From: the human T2T-CHM13v2.0 reference genome, Homo sapiens
Strand: one strand, 5' to 3'
NCBI RefSeq assembly: GCF_009914755.1
Contig: NC_060930.1
DNA: 64,000 bases
Positions 17,629 through 37,700 of the stretch are shown here, in pieces; within the stretch, counting starts at the first letter, position 1; every line of letters begins with the position of its first letter. The notes beneath the pieces are model-generated. The model did not search any database. It worked only from the letters and a program-made list of their open reading frames with translations, and was not told where the DNA came from. Made by a program: the position numbers and the translations under genes.

Positions 17629-18416
17629 TTTTAATCCTTAAATATGAGGCAAAATATGAGCAATCAAATTAGCCTTTCATAGTATTATGAATTAACATTT
17701 GTGTTTTTCAATGAGCAATCAAATTAGCCTTTCATAGTATTATGAATTAACATTTGTGTTTTTCAGGTTGTGTGGAACTCATATCCAAATCTAGTAGGCT
17801 CAACCATAACTGACACCAACAATAGTTTTAAAAATGTGAAACTTCTTTGATTTAAACACTGCACCCCTGATAAACTCATGAAAACAATGAAATTGAGCCA
17901 CTCCCTTTATAGAAGCACTGCAGCTGTGAGAAATATTTACTTTGTTCAAGCATTAATTATGGCTTTTCTATTAAATATTCCTTGAAATCATTAACAAAAA
18001 GAATAAGTTAGAGCTGGTGGGCCACCACACCCTGCTAATTTTATAATTATATATAAATATATATAATACATATATTTTAATCCTTAAATATGAGGCAAAA
18101 TATGAGCAATCAAATTAACCTTTCATAGTATAACCAATTATCAATGTTAACATTTGTGTTTTTCAGGTTGTGCGGAACTCATATCCAAATCTAGTAGGTT
18201 CAACCATAACTGACACCAATAGTAGGTTTAAAAACATGAAATTTGTTTGATTTAAACAAACACTGAACCTCTGACAAACCCATGAAAACAATGAAATTGA
18301 GCCACTTCCTTTATAGGAGTACTGCAGCTGTGAGAAATATTTAGTCTGCTCAAGCATTAATTATGGCTTTTCTATTAAATATTCCTTGAAATCATTAACA
18401 AAAAGCATGAGTTAGA
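17629..18416 (+). repeat. Diverged tandem duplication of a ~340-380-bp unique unit (17629-18012 and 18075-18416)
   Basis: Both copies run ttttaatccttaaatatgaggc...ggaactcatatccaaatctagtagg...aaatcattaacaaaaag..t.agttaga; copy 1 holds an extra perfect 55-bp duplication. Confidence 0.95.
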
Positions 18417-19351
18417 TCAAGGACCTGCCAACATGGGCCGCAATCGCACCAAAAACCGTGAAGAAGGTGGCCCGGGTCATCATGTGGGTAGCAACTTCCA
18501 CAGGAACAAGCGCGTGTGTAAGGAGATCGCCATTATCCCCAGCAAGAAGCTCCGCAACAAGAAAGCAGGTTTATTGTGGCACTATTCACAATAGCGAAGA
18601 CTTGGAACCTACCCAAATGTCCAACAATGATAGACTGGATTAAGAAAATATGGCACATATACACCATGGAATACTATGCAGCCATAAAAAATGATGAGTT
18701 CATGTCCTTTGTAGGGACATGGATGAAGCTGGAAACCATCATTCTCAGCAAATTATCGCAAGGACAAAAAACCAAACACCGCATGTTCTCACTCATAGGT
18801 GGGAATTGAACAATGAGAACACATGGACACAGGAAGGGGAACATCACACACCAGGGCCTGTTGTGGGGTGGGGGTATGGGGGAGGGATAGCATTAGGAGA
18901 TATACCTAATGCTAAATGATGAGGTAATGTGTGCAGCACACCAACATGGCACATGTATATATATGTAACAAACCTGCACATTGTGCACATGTACCCTAAA
19001 ACTTAAAGTATAATTAAAAAAAAAAAAAGAAAGCAGGCTATGTCACACATCTCATGAGGCAGATTCAGAGGGGCCCGGTGAGATGTATCTCCATCAGGCT
19101 ACAGGAGGAGGAGAGAGAAAGGAGAGATAATTAGGATCCTGTGGTCTCAGCCCTGGATCAGCAGATCACTGAAGTGGATCCTGACACTAAGGAAATGCTG
19201 AAGCTTTTGGAGTTAGGCAGTCTGTCCAAACTGCAGGTCACTCAGTCTATGTTAGGATTAATTTCAAAATGCCTCCTGGAGCTGGCTGAATCTTTCTGCA
19301 ATGCTGTAACATTTTCAATAAACCTGGGGCAACACCAAAAAAAAAAAAAAA
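18417..19351 (+). pseudogene. RPS17: RPS17 processed pseudogene, interrupted by an L1
   Basis: ATG at 18433 (MGR.RTK...VKK.ARVII; [20 protein letters not shown]|YVTHLM..IQRGPV; [20 protein letters not shown]); no introns; AATAAA at 19317; poly-A 19337-19351; atgagtta TSD core on both sides; frameshift, deletion and stop. Confidence 0.96.
18571..19028 (+). mobile_element. Short 5'-truncated L1 (L1PA4-like) inserted in the RPS17 pseudogene
   Basis: End of ORF2 (...HRMFSLIGGN), 3'UTR and poly-A; TSD aagaaagcagg made of RPS17 sequence. Confidence 0.96.
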
Positions 19352-20484
19352 TGAGTTAAACCAAGATATGTCAATGTAAATGAATTGTTCAAAAAATTAT
19401 ATATGAATAAATACATGAGGGAGCTCTCAGCATGCATTAGGAGGCCCATAGTTTGTACATGGCACACTCAGTGATACCAATGGTTTGGCATGATTAGGAC
19501 CTAATTATACTGTAAATAGCTGCATTACTATCAGCTCTCTCTCTCTTCTCTTTTTCTTGCCTTCCATTTCCATCCCCAGTGAACTAATTCACTCAGGCCT
19601 TCCTGTGCTAAGAAGCTAGAATATTTTGTTTTTCTGTATTCAAACAACTAAAAACTGCACATAAAACTAAATCATATCAGCATGTGATTTTTTTGGCATA
19701 TATACGTGTAAGTTAATGCAAACAATTAGCACATAATATATTGCTGGACTAAAACTGTATCTTCCCTTAATGTGTGTATTGTGGGGCAGAGACCCCAGGA
19801 CATTGACTACATTGTATTCCTCTAGGATATCCTTATTCCATATCATCTGAAAATAGTAATACTTTATTTCTAGTTTGCTGTAAACTAAATATACTTGCTC
19901 TTCCCAGCTTCCTTCTGTTACTAATAAGTGCTTACATAAGCCCTCTTGACACAATTACACAAGTTCTGCTTATTATGGTAAATCCAGTGAAAGCCCCCCC
20001 AGAGATCCTTCTCCCCTTTATCCCATGCATCAGTTAAGCAGTTTTATTTGTGTCCTCATTTTCCAGTAAAGCTTTCAGAGCCATCTCAGCTTGTTCTTTT
20101 CTAAACGCCTGAGTGTCATCTAAATGTCAAGTGTAATTTCAATGGCTTCAATGTGGGGATTCTTTATTTCTTCTTTTTCATACTGGGTTCAGCCCAGTCA
20201 TTATTCATCCTTTTTTCTGCAACTAAAAACAAAATTGTTAGCACCATGTCTCAGGATGGCCCCATGACATTCTTCAATATAAATTTAGAAATAATTTTTA
20301 TGAAATGCTGTATAATCAATAAAAGTAGTTTCAACTATTGAATAATAAGAGATAATAGCTAGGTAGTCTTAATTTTCATCCAAATTGACTGAGACACATA
20401 TTTTGTATTTTCATGTTTCACTCACATCCTGGGAAAAATTAATGTCATTTTTTAAATGATCTGCTCTACACTGTCTGCGACAGT

Positions 20485-21575
20485 AATTCATACCAGATTA
20501 GACTTTCTGCTATAAACACTATAAAATGGAAAAAATATTTTAAAACAACTTTTTGCAGATACAAGATAACAGACATTTTAGAAACATGATTCTTGAGAGA
20601 TGAGAAATAAGCAAATGATCCCTATGATCATCCCAACTCTGTGCCTTGAGGCACTTTCGACTCTGACACAGCAAGGGGTAATGCAAGAGTGTGAAAGTCT
20701 TAGTAAGCTGCAAGTAAATTAAATCAAGTACCTACCAAAACAAATTCAGCTATCTACAAGGAAAACAAAAAAATCTAGACCCTCAATATCGTAATATTCA
20801 CTTCAACCTCCAATAATAAAAGACCTAGACATGAGAAGTAAAATGTGACCAAAAACTATGAGAAATTTGAATATATAGAAACAGACACAGAACTGAGAGG
20901 TGATGTAAGTAGCCAGCCAAGACTTTAAACATTATTATAAATGTGCATGAGAAACAAATAAAAAAACACACATAATGGGTAGATGAATGAAACATGTTAA
21001 AAAAACTAAATAGAAATTTTAAACCCCAAAAATGTAAGCTCTATATTAAAAAATATACTAGATGGACTTAATAGCAGATTCAATTCTCTAGATGAAAGCC
21101 TTGGTAAACTTGAAGACAGCAATAAAACTAACCAAACAGAATGACAGAGGAAAAACTGCTGAGAAAATGTATAACATAAACAGATTCCCATGATCTGTGA
21201 GAAAAGATTAGCAGTATAACATGCATGTGACTGAAGTCCTGGAAAGGAAAAAGGAAGTAAGAGAAGGGAAGACAAAATATTTAAAGAAATACGACTGAAA
21301 ATGTTCCAAATTGTATGCCAATCATGAAGAAGCCCAACAAACTCCAAGCTATAGCATACAAAGAATACTACATCAAGACTCATTACAATCAAACTTCTGG
21401 GACCATTGACAAACAGATAATATAAAAATAACAATAGTAGGAAGAAAACACATTGCATAGAATGAAACTCAAAATAAATATTATCATTTACTTTGCATCA
21501 GAAAAAAGGCAAGCCATAAGAAACTAGAAGAGTACTTTTATAATTCTTTAAAAATGTAAAGCTGTTAACCTAGAG
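20485..21575 (+). mobile_element. Ancient L1M/HAL1-like 5'/ORF1 relic (appears to resume at ~23520-23670)
   Basis: A-rich decayed ORF1-like text: gatggacttaatagcagatt...gtaaacttgaagacagc...aagaagcccaacaaactccaagc...tctttagactgaaggaaaatgatacc. Confidence 0.55.
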
Positions 21576-21577
21576 TT

Positions 21578-23515
<1,938 letters not shown>

Positions 23516-24299
23516 GAAAAATTTAAAAAGTGTAATAAAGACACAAGCAAAAGCTAAGACTTAATTTTAGGCAAAACTGTACTTACGGAAATGTTACATT
23601 CTTTAGACTGAAGGAAAATGATACCAAATGAAACTCATATATACACTAAGGGAGCACAAGAATGGTAACTATTTCCCTGCTAGATGATTGGTTAGCCTAA
23701 GGAAAGTAACAGAAACTGGTGAAAGGCAAACTAGAATAGGACCAAGAAAGATGCAATAAGACCACACAGGAACCCGAGAATTTACATGCAGGGTTAAGAT
23801 GAGCTTTCATCATGCTAAATTATGTTATGGCCCAAATAAAACAACCTGAAACAAAAGTAATGACAAACTGCATATAAAACTAGTCGACAATATAAACAAC
23901 TTACATACATGTAAATATCCTTGTTCCCAAAGATGACTTCTAAAGGTACTTACTTACCCAGCATAGTAAAATACAATCATAGATACATTAATCCCACAAA
24001 TAAACTTCTGTGCCTATTGTGACATCTGATGGGACAGGCTGCTGTCAACGGTGAAGCACTGAAGGCAACGGAATATAATCTAACCCAATTATAACCATAT
24101 AACAAATAAAACTATAACTGTATAACTATAACAATTGTATAACTATCTATATGACTCTCAGGGAGAGTCAGCTCTGATGGCACATCATTCTTATTTGGAT
24201 GATACCCTAAATCCCTATCTCTCCCATCTGTGTGTGTGTGTGTGTTTTTTTTTTTCCTGGATAAAAACAACGTTTGAAAGAATCGAGTAGAATCAAGCC

Positions 24300-26025
24300 A
24301 TAAATCAATATTGTAAAAATGGCCATACTGCCCAAAGCAATTTACAAGTTTCAGTGCTATTCCTTTTAGACTACCATTGAGATTCTTCACAGAACTAGAA
24401 AAAAACTATTTTAAAATTCATATGGAACCAAGAGCCCAAATAGCCAAGGCTATCCTAAGCAAAAAGAACAAAGCAGGGGGCATCATGCTACCCAATTTCA
24501 AACTATACTACAGAGCTACAGTAACCCAAACAACTGTACAACTTGTACAGTGGTACTCATACAAAAACAAACACATAGACCAATGGAACAAAATAGAGAA
24601 CCCAGAAATAAAGCCACACACCTACAACTATCTGATCTTTGATAGACCTGACAAAAACAAGCAATGGGGAAAGGACACCCTATTCAATAAATGGTGCTGG
24701 GATAACTGGCTAGCCAAATGCAGAAGATTGAAAGTGGACCCTTTCCTTACACCATATACAAAAGTTAACTCAAGATGAAATAAAGAGTTATATATAAAAC
24801 CCAAAGCTACTAAAAAAACCTGAAAAACAACCTAGAAAAGTTAACTCAAGATGGAATAAAGAGTTATATATAAAACCTAAAGCTATAAAAAACCCTGAAA
24901 AACAATACCATTCTGGACATAGGAATGGGCAAAGATTTCATGATGGAAATGCCAAAATCAATTGCAACAAAAGCAAAAATTGATAAATGGGATCTAATTA
25001 AACTAAAGAACTTCTGCAAAGCAAAAGAAACTATCAATAGAGTGAACAAACAACCTACAGAATGGGAAAAAAGAAGAGTTTTCAAACTATGCATCCAACA
25101 AAGCTCTAATATCCAGCATCTATAAGAAATTTAAACAAATTTACTAGAAAACAAACAACCCCATTAAAAAGTGGGTATAAAACATGAACACTTTTCAAAA
25201 GACATATATGTGGCCAAGAAGTATATGGAAAAAAAAGCTCCACATCACTGATCATTAAAGAAATGCAAATCAAAACCACAATGAGATACCATCTCACGCC
25301 AATCAGAATGACTAATATTAACATGTCAAAAAATGACAGATGCTGGCGAGGTTGCAGAGAAAAAGAAATGCTCACACACAGTTGGTGGGAGTGTAAATTA
25401 GTTCAACCATTGTGAAAGACAGTGTGGTGATTACTTGAAGACCTAAAAACAGAAACACCATTTGACCCAGAAATCTCATTACTGGGAATAGACCCAAAGG
25501 CATATAAATTACTGGGTATATACCCAAAGGCATATAAATCATTCTGCTATAAAGACACATGTACACATATGTTCATTGCAGCACTATTAGCAATAGCAAA
25601 AACAAAGAATCAACCTAAATGCCCATCAGTGATAGACTAGATAAAGAAAATATGGTACATATATACCATGGAGCCATAAAAAGAATGAGATCATGTCCTT
25701 TGCAGGAACGTGAATGGAGCTAGGGGCCATTATCCTTAGCAAACTAACACAGGAACAGAAAACCAAACACTGCATGTTCTCACTTATTATAAGTGGGAAC
25801 TAAATGATGAGAACACATGGTTGCATAGAGGGGAAAAACACATTGAGGGCTTTTGGAGGGTTCAGGATGGGAGGAGCAAGAGGATCAGGAAAAATAACCA
25901 ATGGGTACTAGCCTTAATACCTGAGTGATGAAATAATCTCTACAACAAACTCCCATGAGACAAGGTTACCTATACAACAAACCTGCACATGTATTCCTGA
26001 GCTTAAAAGTTAAAAAAGAAGAAAT
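24300..26025 (+). mobile_element. Older 5'-truncated L1 (L1PA13-15-like)
   Basis: Fragmented ORF2 C-terminal ORFs (24377-24778, 24925-25125); 3'UTR ggatcaggaaaaataaccaatgggtactagccttaatacctg. Confidence 0.9.
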
Positions 26026-26079
26026 TAATTATCAACAAAATGCATCCCTGAGAGAAAATTCCTTGAAAATACTCTGCTC

Positions 26080-30755
<4,676 letters not shown>

Positions 30756-31479
30756 GAAACTACTCTGCTCAGGAAAACTGAAATAGGAAAATAGGAGGTG
30801 GTAAATTGTGCTGATTTCTTCTTTGTTATTCTACTAAATACATGTTTCTATTTTCTTTCTGAAGATTCTGGAATTGAGTGCTCAATATATTAAATATTAT
30901 GGATGGGTTGTAGAAAATTAGAAAGAGCTAAAATATAGAATATTTGCAATGACCTCCAACCTCAATTTTGCTTATACCATATCTCCTACTCCCTTATGGA
31001 GAAATTAGAATTTTAGAATTGGGAGGATTTATCTAGTCAAGGCAGTTAATATACAATTAAGAAAAAGGGCATCTCCCCTGCAATGTTAAATATGCAAGAT
31101 CCTCTGAATTGACTTCTGCATGAAGGAGTTGACAATAATTAGCTTAAATAACTGATTTATGAATCTCTCCTTTTAATCAATAGTGCCGTTTAAAAGGAAA
31201 ATGCATTAACTCACCGCTTTGTACAAAAGTTTTCTTCTGAACTAAAATATCAACTTTCACTCAATTACATTTAATATTCTTCATTTTTCCCCCTTGGGGG
31301 GGAAATGAAGCATTTTGAAATAACTCACATATTCTTTTTGATTAAAAAGAGACAAGAATATTTTTTCTTGTTTCTTGGAAAACCTGATCTAAATTAAGTC
31401 TCACACCTTCATAAAATATAAATCTTCCTCCCATGTTATATCCTCCTCTACAATTTCACACCTCCTCTTTGCCAGTTGC

Positions 31480-32090
31480 TAAGCCATTGTCTCCTAGCTT
31501 TAAATCTCCCTTCCCATTTCTACACTCAGGTTTGTAATATGGCTGTTAGTAGTCTACAAATCATATTTTGGCTTTTCTATTAGATTCTACCCAAAGGGGT
31601 TGCTAGATGAAACTGGAATACTGAGGAAGAAAGAAGGGACCATATTATTTGCTATCTCTTTGCTTCCTGTTCCTCTCAGTATCACTTGAGCATTACTTCT
31701 TCATTAAGCATTAAGAGTTGATTCCTGTTTGCAGTTTTTTTGGCACTTACAGATTCAGACTTATTGTATACTCCTTTGGGACCTCTGACACCAGCTGGCC
31801 AGTGTTTCTTCCTCAGATACCTGAGTCCAGCCCCACAGGAATCATCCTTCAAGTTTTTAAATTGTAATAATTCCAACATCTTCCCTTTTTTCTCCTTGGT
31901 CCTAGGGTTTGCAGCTGCTTTCTCCACTGTTGTTTTTGTGAGACTTTATTATTTCCTTTTCCGCTTTTAATTTTTTCAATTCTGAGAAATACTTTATATT
32001 AAAGAAGTTCAACATATTAAAAAATTATTCTCTATTGTTAGAATAAATGGGTATTTTCAAGTCTCTTGACCAGACCCTAACTAAATTCAC
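31480..32090 (+). mobile_element. ERVL-class solo LTR (LTR33-like)
   Basis: gtcctagggtttgcagctgcttt...ctttatattaaa...gtctcttgaccagaccctaactaa resembles the LTR33 3' end. Confidence 0.55.
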
Positions 32091-32775
32091 ACCTCTTATA
32101 ACTACTGCTATTTAAGTTCTACCATGTTTCTAGGACTCAGACGTGTCAAAATAGAATACTGTGGTAGAGTCATGGCTTCTTTCACGGGGCGCAAGTAAAA
32201 TTACACTTAAAGTGGCAGCATTTTCTATCTCTGGATCCTGGTATTTCAGTGTTCACAATTGTCATCCAAAATGATATATCTGTAAATAAAAGGGTGTAAG
32301 GAAATTAGAAAGAAGAAAATGAGTGCTTCATTGTTCTCTATTCCAGGTTCATGTAAAGCTAGTACCTCTCCATGCCAGCTTACTATTTGATCTTCAGAGA
32401 TACACTGGCTCTCTGGCTCTTACTTTATGTTTCTCCTACAACATGAAGGTTTAGACAAACCTACATTTTGTATATTTAGTTAATCAAATCTTCTCATTTT
32501 GAAATTGAGTCATCTGCGTCCGAGGGGTTAAAATAACCTGTTTATAGACACACAGCTAGTAAATGAATGCTAAAAGTCTATCTGCCTCTCACAAGTCGAT
32601 TTCCAGTATATTCTTTTACAAGTATAGAAATAGCTGATAATCCACAAATTATTTTTTGTTACATAAATGTAAGTTTAACTAAAATCTGACCGCAGATTAG
32701 ATTGACTGTCCCAGCATTAAAACCAAAAGTAGTTGTATCTTCATGGTTAAATTTGGCTTCGAAATCAATATCCCT

Positions 32776-32975
32776 TGTTATGGTTTGAATGTTTGTACCC
32801 TTGAAAATTCATGTTGAAATGTAACTGCCATTGCAACAGTATTAAGAGGTGGAACATTTAAGAGGTGATCAGGCTATGACAGCTCCACCCTTACCAGTGG
32901 GATAAGTACCATTATGAAAGAAGAAATCTGGCCCTCTCATGTGCTTTCCCCCACCTGCACCCTTGCCTTCTCCCA
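32776..32975 (+). mobile_element. MST-family MaLR LTR fragment
   Basis: tgttatggtttgaatgtttgtaccc...aaattcatgttgaaat...gtattaagaggtgg...ttaagaggtgatcaggc. Confidence 0.75.
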
Positions 32976-34384
32976 TATGAATGTTTTCTAAATAGGGTCC
33001 TTCTTCCTCTATTGTAAAGGACAAAGCAGCATTTTTCAATATAGTTGTTTATGTTTTCAATATTTGCTCAAAATTTAAAAATTAAGTATTTATACAAAGA
33101 TTCATGGCAAACTCCTTGCCAGATTTTTAAAATCTTGTTATTGGCAACAGAAATTAAAGGTGTTGTAATAAGTATATTCTTTTTGCTTGGAATCCTCAGA
33201 TTAACCTATTTTATGGTAATAAATCAAGCTTGATGTGAAGAGTAAACAAGTAGGCAGTATATCAGATAATTAGTGGATACGAATCTCCATTCAATGCCAA
33301 GTTTGTGAGTCTAAAGTTAGTCATTTTAATGACTATAATACATTAGTAATAGAACAAATGATCAAAGTTGTGAAAAATGTATAGGAAAAAACACAGAAAT
33401 GATGTTTCTGTATTGTAATCTTGTGAGCAATAAAAAGTAAAAAATACATTATGTGAGAAAGGGGCTCAAGGTATCATTCTAGTCTTTACTCTGCTGTAGC
33501 GTAAAGTTATTCTGGGTAGAGAAGAAGCTCTCTAGAAGCCTTACGCATTAGATGGGAAGCTGAAGAATGCCTCTAGTCTGGCTTAAGTAAAGTTTTTATA
33601 TTAAATTATGTCAAGCTATGTATATGGCTGGATTAAAGAGCTCAAGAAGTATCACTGGATTCTTTCCCTCTCTATCCCTCAGTCTTCTTCTGTGTCATAG
33701 ACATAATTAGACCATATTCTCTAGCCTGTCAGCCATAAAAGAAAGAACACGTCTTCTCTGACAAGAAGGAATAGAGCATTCACAGAGTTATCTGGTCGGC
33801 CAGTTTGCATCACAGGCACACCTTTATGAGGCAATTCTAACTGGTAGGAATAGTTCAACACATCTTCATAAATTACTAAAATTTGTTATTTAATTTTGCA
33901 TATTTTATTCCAAAAATTTTGTGAGTAAAGCTGGCTATTATTATCACACATGTCTCACTTGGGGAAGAAACTGAGGCTCAAGAAGGTGATGGATATGGGA
34001 ATTTATCTGAGATTTTCAAATTCCATCAGTGAGCAGAATTGATCATTTTAAAATCCTATATATGAGAACTTGGAAGATGCTAAGGAACTAGTAAAATAGA
34101 CCAGACAGATAAGAAGAACATTCTAGAGCCATGGAACAGAAGAAACAAGGACAATTTTAAGACATAGAAAGATGGAAGAAACTACATAATGATTAAAGAA
34201 TAACACTGAGACAAGACTACCAGATTTTAAAGATGTACGTGAAAGAGGGAAGGTACACTGTAATAAGATTATGTTGAGGAAGGCTTGGCATCTCAGATAT
34301 TGACATTTGTGTGGCTTAAGAATGGTAACAAGGAAAGCAATAGGACTGTATCCCAAAAGAATGAGATACAGCAAGAATTTAAAA

Positions 34385-34722
34385 TTTTTATTTATTTATT
34401 TAGTTAGTTAGTTAGTTAGTTTTTTTGCTGTTGTTGTTTTTTGAGATGGAGTTTCACTCTGTCACCAGGCTGGAGTGCAGTGGTGCAATCTCGGCTCACT
34501 GCAAAGCTCCATCTCCCAGATTCAAGGTATTCTCCTGCCTCAGCCTCCTGAGCAGCTGGGACTACAGGTGCGCACCACCACGCCCAGCTAATTTTTGTAT
34601 TTTTAGTAGAGACCGGGCTTCACCATATTGGCCAGGCTGGTCTCAAACTCCTGACCTCGTAATCTGCCAGCCTCAGCCTCCCAAAGTGCTGGGATTACAG
34701 GCGTGAGCCACCGCACCAGGCC
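34385..34722 (-). mobile_element. AluS (Sg/Sc-like) with compound microsatellite tail
   Basis: Full dimer on minus strand; tail (TTTA)n(TTAG)n(TTG)n. Confidence 0.94.
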
Positions 34723-37700
34723 AGAAAATTTTTTTAAAGATTTGTTTTGCTTTCAAGATAGCAGAAATCAACTTTTATAACATGTGAGCAAATAGAAATA
34801 AACACATATTTAAAATATTTTAGAAATACAGTTTTAAAGTATTGAAAACATTTTAGAAATAAAATTTAAAATTATTGAAAATAATTTAGAAATAAAATCT
34901 TCATTAAAAAGTATGTGTTCATTCAAACTGGTTTTAAATAACTGTGTTAAACTGAATGTAAAATTTCTGATAAGCTGTCAAAAATCGATTTCATTTCCTT
35001 GTAGGTGACTACTCCCATCCCATGACAAACCACTGACTAGAAACAGATTCAGTCTCCTGTGCTCTGAGGTCTAAACAGCAGTGACCAGGCCTTCATCTAT
35101 TATCATTTCTTGATTGTAACAGAACAAGTAACTGCTAGAGTTTATCAAGGGTAAACTTTTTACCTTTACTAAACTGTCACAAGCTTGGTGATTTTAGTGA
35201 TTTTGGTCAATAAGCTGTCTTCTCTTGAGTTGCCCAGAAGTATTTCTGGTGTCAGTTTGGGGCATTCTCTTAAGATTTCTAGACTCCAACATTCTAACTA
35301 GACCTTTTAGTTTTTTTTTTTTTTTTTTTAAGTCTCTGACAGGTGCTAAACCCTCTTAATTAATTTGAGTCATTAGAAAGAATAAAAGCACAGTGAAACA
35401 ACTTGATGCCTGCATTTAGCTGTCTTTTTTGCTTGCCTGGGTTCTGATTTGGGGCTTGTAATAGGGGTATATTTGACTTCATACTGAATTTTTGTATTTT
35501 TTTTTATTGCATATCCAATGAGATTGTGTCTTAATGGAAGCATTTTATTCTGGGATAATCCTGAAAGTCAGCACAAGGTTAAAACTGTTAACCTCTAAGG
35601 AAAGAGAAATCTGATTTTTGACAAAATTTTATATTTCTATGCTTGTAACATTTTTGTCTGTATCACATTTTGAATGCACTCACTACCAGTAACAACTCAT
35701 CTTGGGCCAAGTGAAAATTTAATGAATGAGTAGAAAGAGCAACTACTGATGCTACAGGTAACAAAGTGCCTCTTTTCTGAATTTGGAAAAATATCTTAAT
35801 CTTAGTTTCAGTTCTTTCATTCATTTAAACAAATAATAATATAGTAAAGTAAGTTAATAATTTTATATTTTTATGGAGCCCAGAACATTTATTTCCAACA
35901 AAAGCTTATACAGATCACCAGCCAGATATTAATCAGGTATGAGTCGTTTTTGGAAAAGGAAGATTGAGCCCACAGTCCTGTCTGACTAAATCCAGTGTGA
36001 AAAATCACTGAACTGGACAGATGGCATTCAAAATAATTTTTACTTCTGAATCTTAAGGGCAATGTACTAACAATGGTCATCTTGGATTTTAGGCAAGTGT
36101 TGAGGGTGGCTGGGAAGAGGTGAAATATATGGTTTGCGTATATACAATATAGTTAATGTTTAACTTTTTTGAGCAGAGTAGCAATTGACGTTATTGGAAA
36201 TACCAAAAATTTAAGGAGTATTCATTTGGAAAAATAGTCTTTACTCTGGTTTTTAGAAGTACTAAACAAAAAACGATTTTGTCTGGGTTGAGGCAAAGGT
36301 TATTCTATTTGAGTACAGAGGCAATGATATTGTAAACTCAAGGTTGGGAAAAAATGCATCATTCTGTGAGATAATAAAGTTCACTCTGATGGTAGTCTAT
36401 ATTTTTTTTCCTTCAGGAATCCCTCTTTTGTCCTGATATGGATACTCTTTCCTCTAAAAAGGAAAACAGCTAGCATAGCAATATAGTAACAAGCTGGGCA
36501 ATCTTTGAAAGTGCAATGTCCTCATTTAGCACTTAGAGAAAACATGTTTGTATTCAATGAAAATAACTGCTTCTAAGCTATTAACAGGGACATTTTTAGG
36601 GTTACATCAGATAGAAGCTTGTCAAAATCATATGATCTATAGCATAACTCTATTATTATTTTATCTCCTATTACTACAGGTTTTCATTCAAGGAACATAT
36701 CACAATTTTTCGTATGCATTTTCAAAAAATTCCTAAATTTAATACCTTATTACTTCACTCTTTTGTTCACCCAGTATCAAGCATTTGGAGGTGCTCAATA
36801 ATTTTTTGAGTGAATGAATAACAAAAGAGTTCCTATGAAGAGCTATAAACCTGTAGAAACTGTGAAGGAAATTGAAGGGAAATGAATAGGTAGTCAAATG
36901 GACCTACCCATAGAGATCAAAGGTTAATATATTTACCTACTTTCCCAATTTCAAATTGATGACCTCATTTAATTCAAACTTTCCTCTGGAGCGGGAATTT
37001 TTTCATGTCAACTTATTACAATAGACTTGACATTTCATGGCATGTAATTAACTTTCACTTCTGCTGAGTCACAAATTTGAGGCATGGAGGGGGCTGGAGA
37101 GAAGGAGCAATAATTTTTTTTAATCTTTCATGAATTAGACTAGGCAGTGGCAACTTGTACTTTCTACACTGCAATGAAGGTTTGCTTTTCTGTACTCATT
37201 GGTACAAAAACTCTAGATTTCATAATTTTTTGCCAGTTTTATGAAAATAAACACAAAGAAGAACTCTATAAAAATAGAACTCAAGTAGAGTGTATTTAAA
37301 TATGTTTTTAGTGATTTTCTGCTTAGAATCATTAAAGATTTAATGGGAACCCACAAATACTTTTCAAGTATGGTTTACCTTGTGGAAAAAAAAGTATTTA
37401 CTATAGTGTTATTAAGGAATTTGAGAATTCCAAAGCAATTAATACATATCCTTCATAATGTCAGTGATCTACTGAGCAATTTTACAATTCAAGTTAATCA
37501 AGATTCACTGAAGTTATATTCAAGTAAGTCTCATTAAGAGAGCATATAAGTGCATATGAGAGGGTTCTTTCATCACAAATGAATCCCAGATGATTTCTTT
37601 CTTTGTTTAAAAACCTGGAAATTCTACTTGCTTTTATAACTTCTATACTTAATACTAAGTTTCCATAGCAATTTAGGAAATGTTTATGTTGGAAAAATAC

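Noticed and set aside
19141-19359. 72-aa RPS17-like ORF as a functional retrogene
   Set aside because: GTG start, preceded by a stop, and the gene is split by an L1 and frameshifted.
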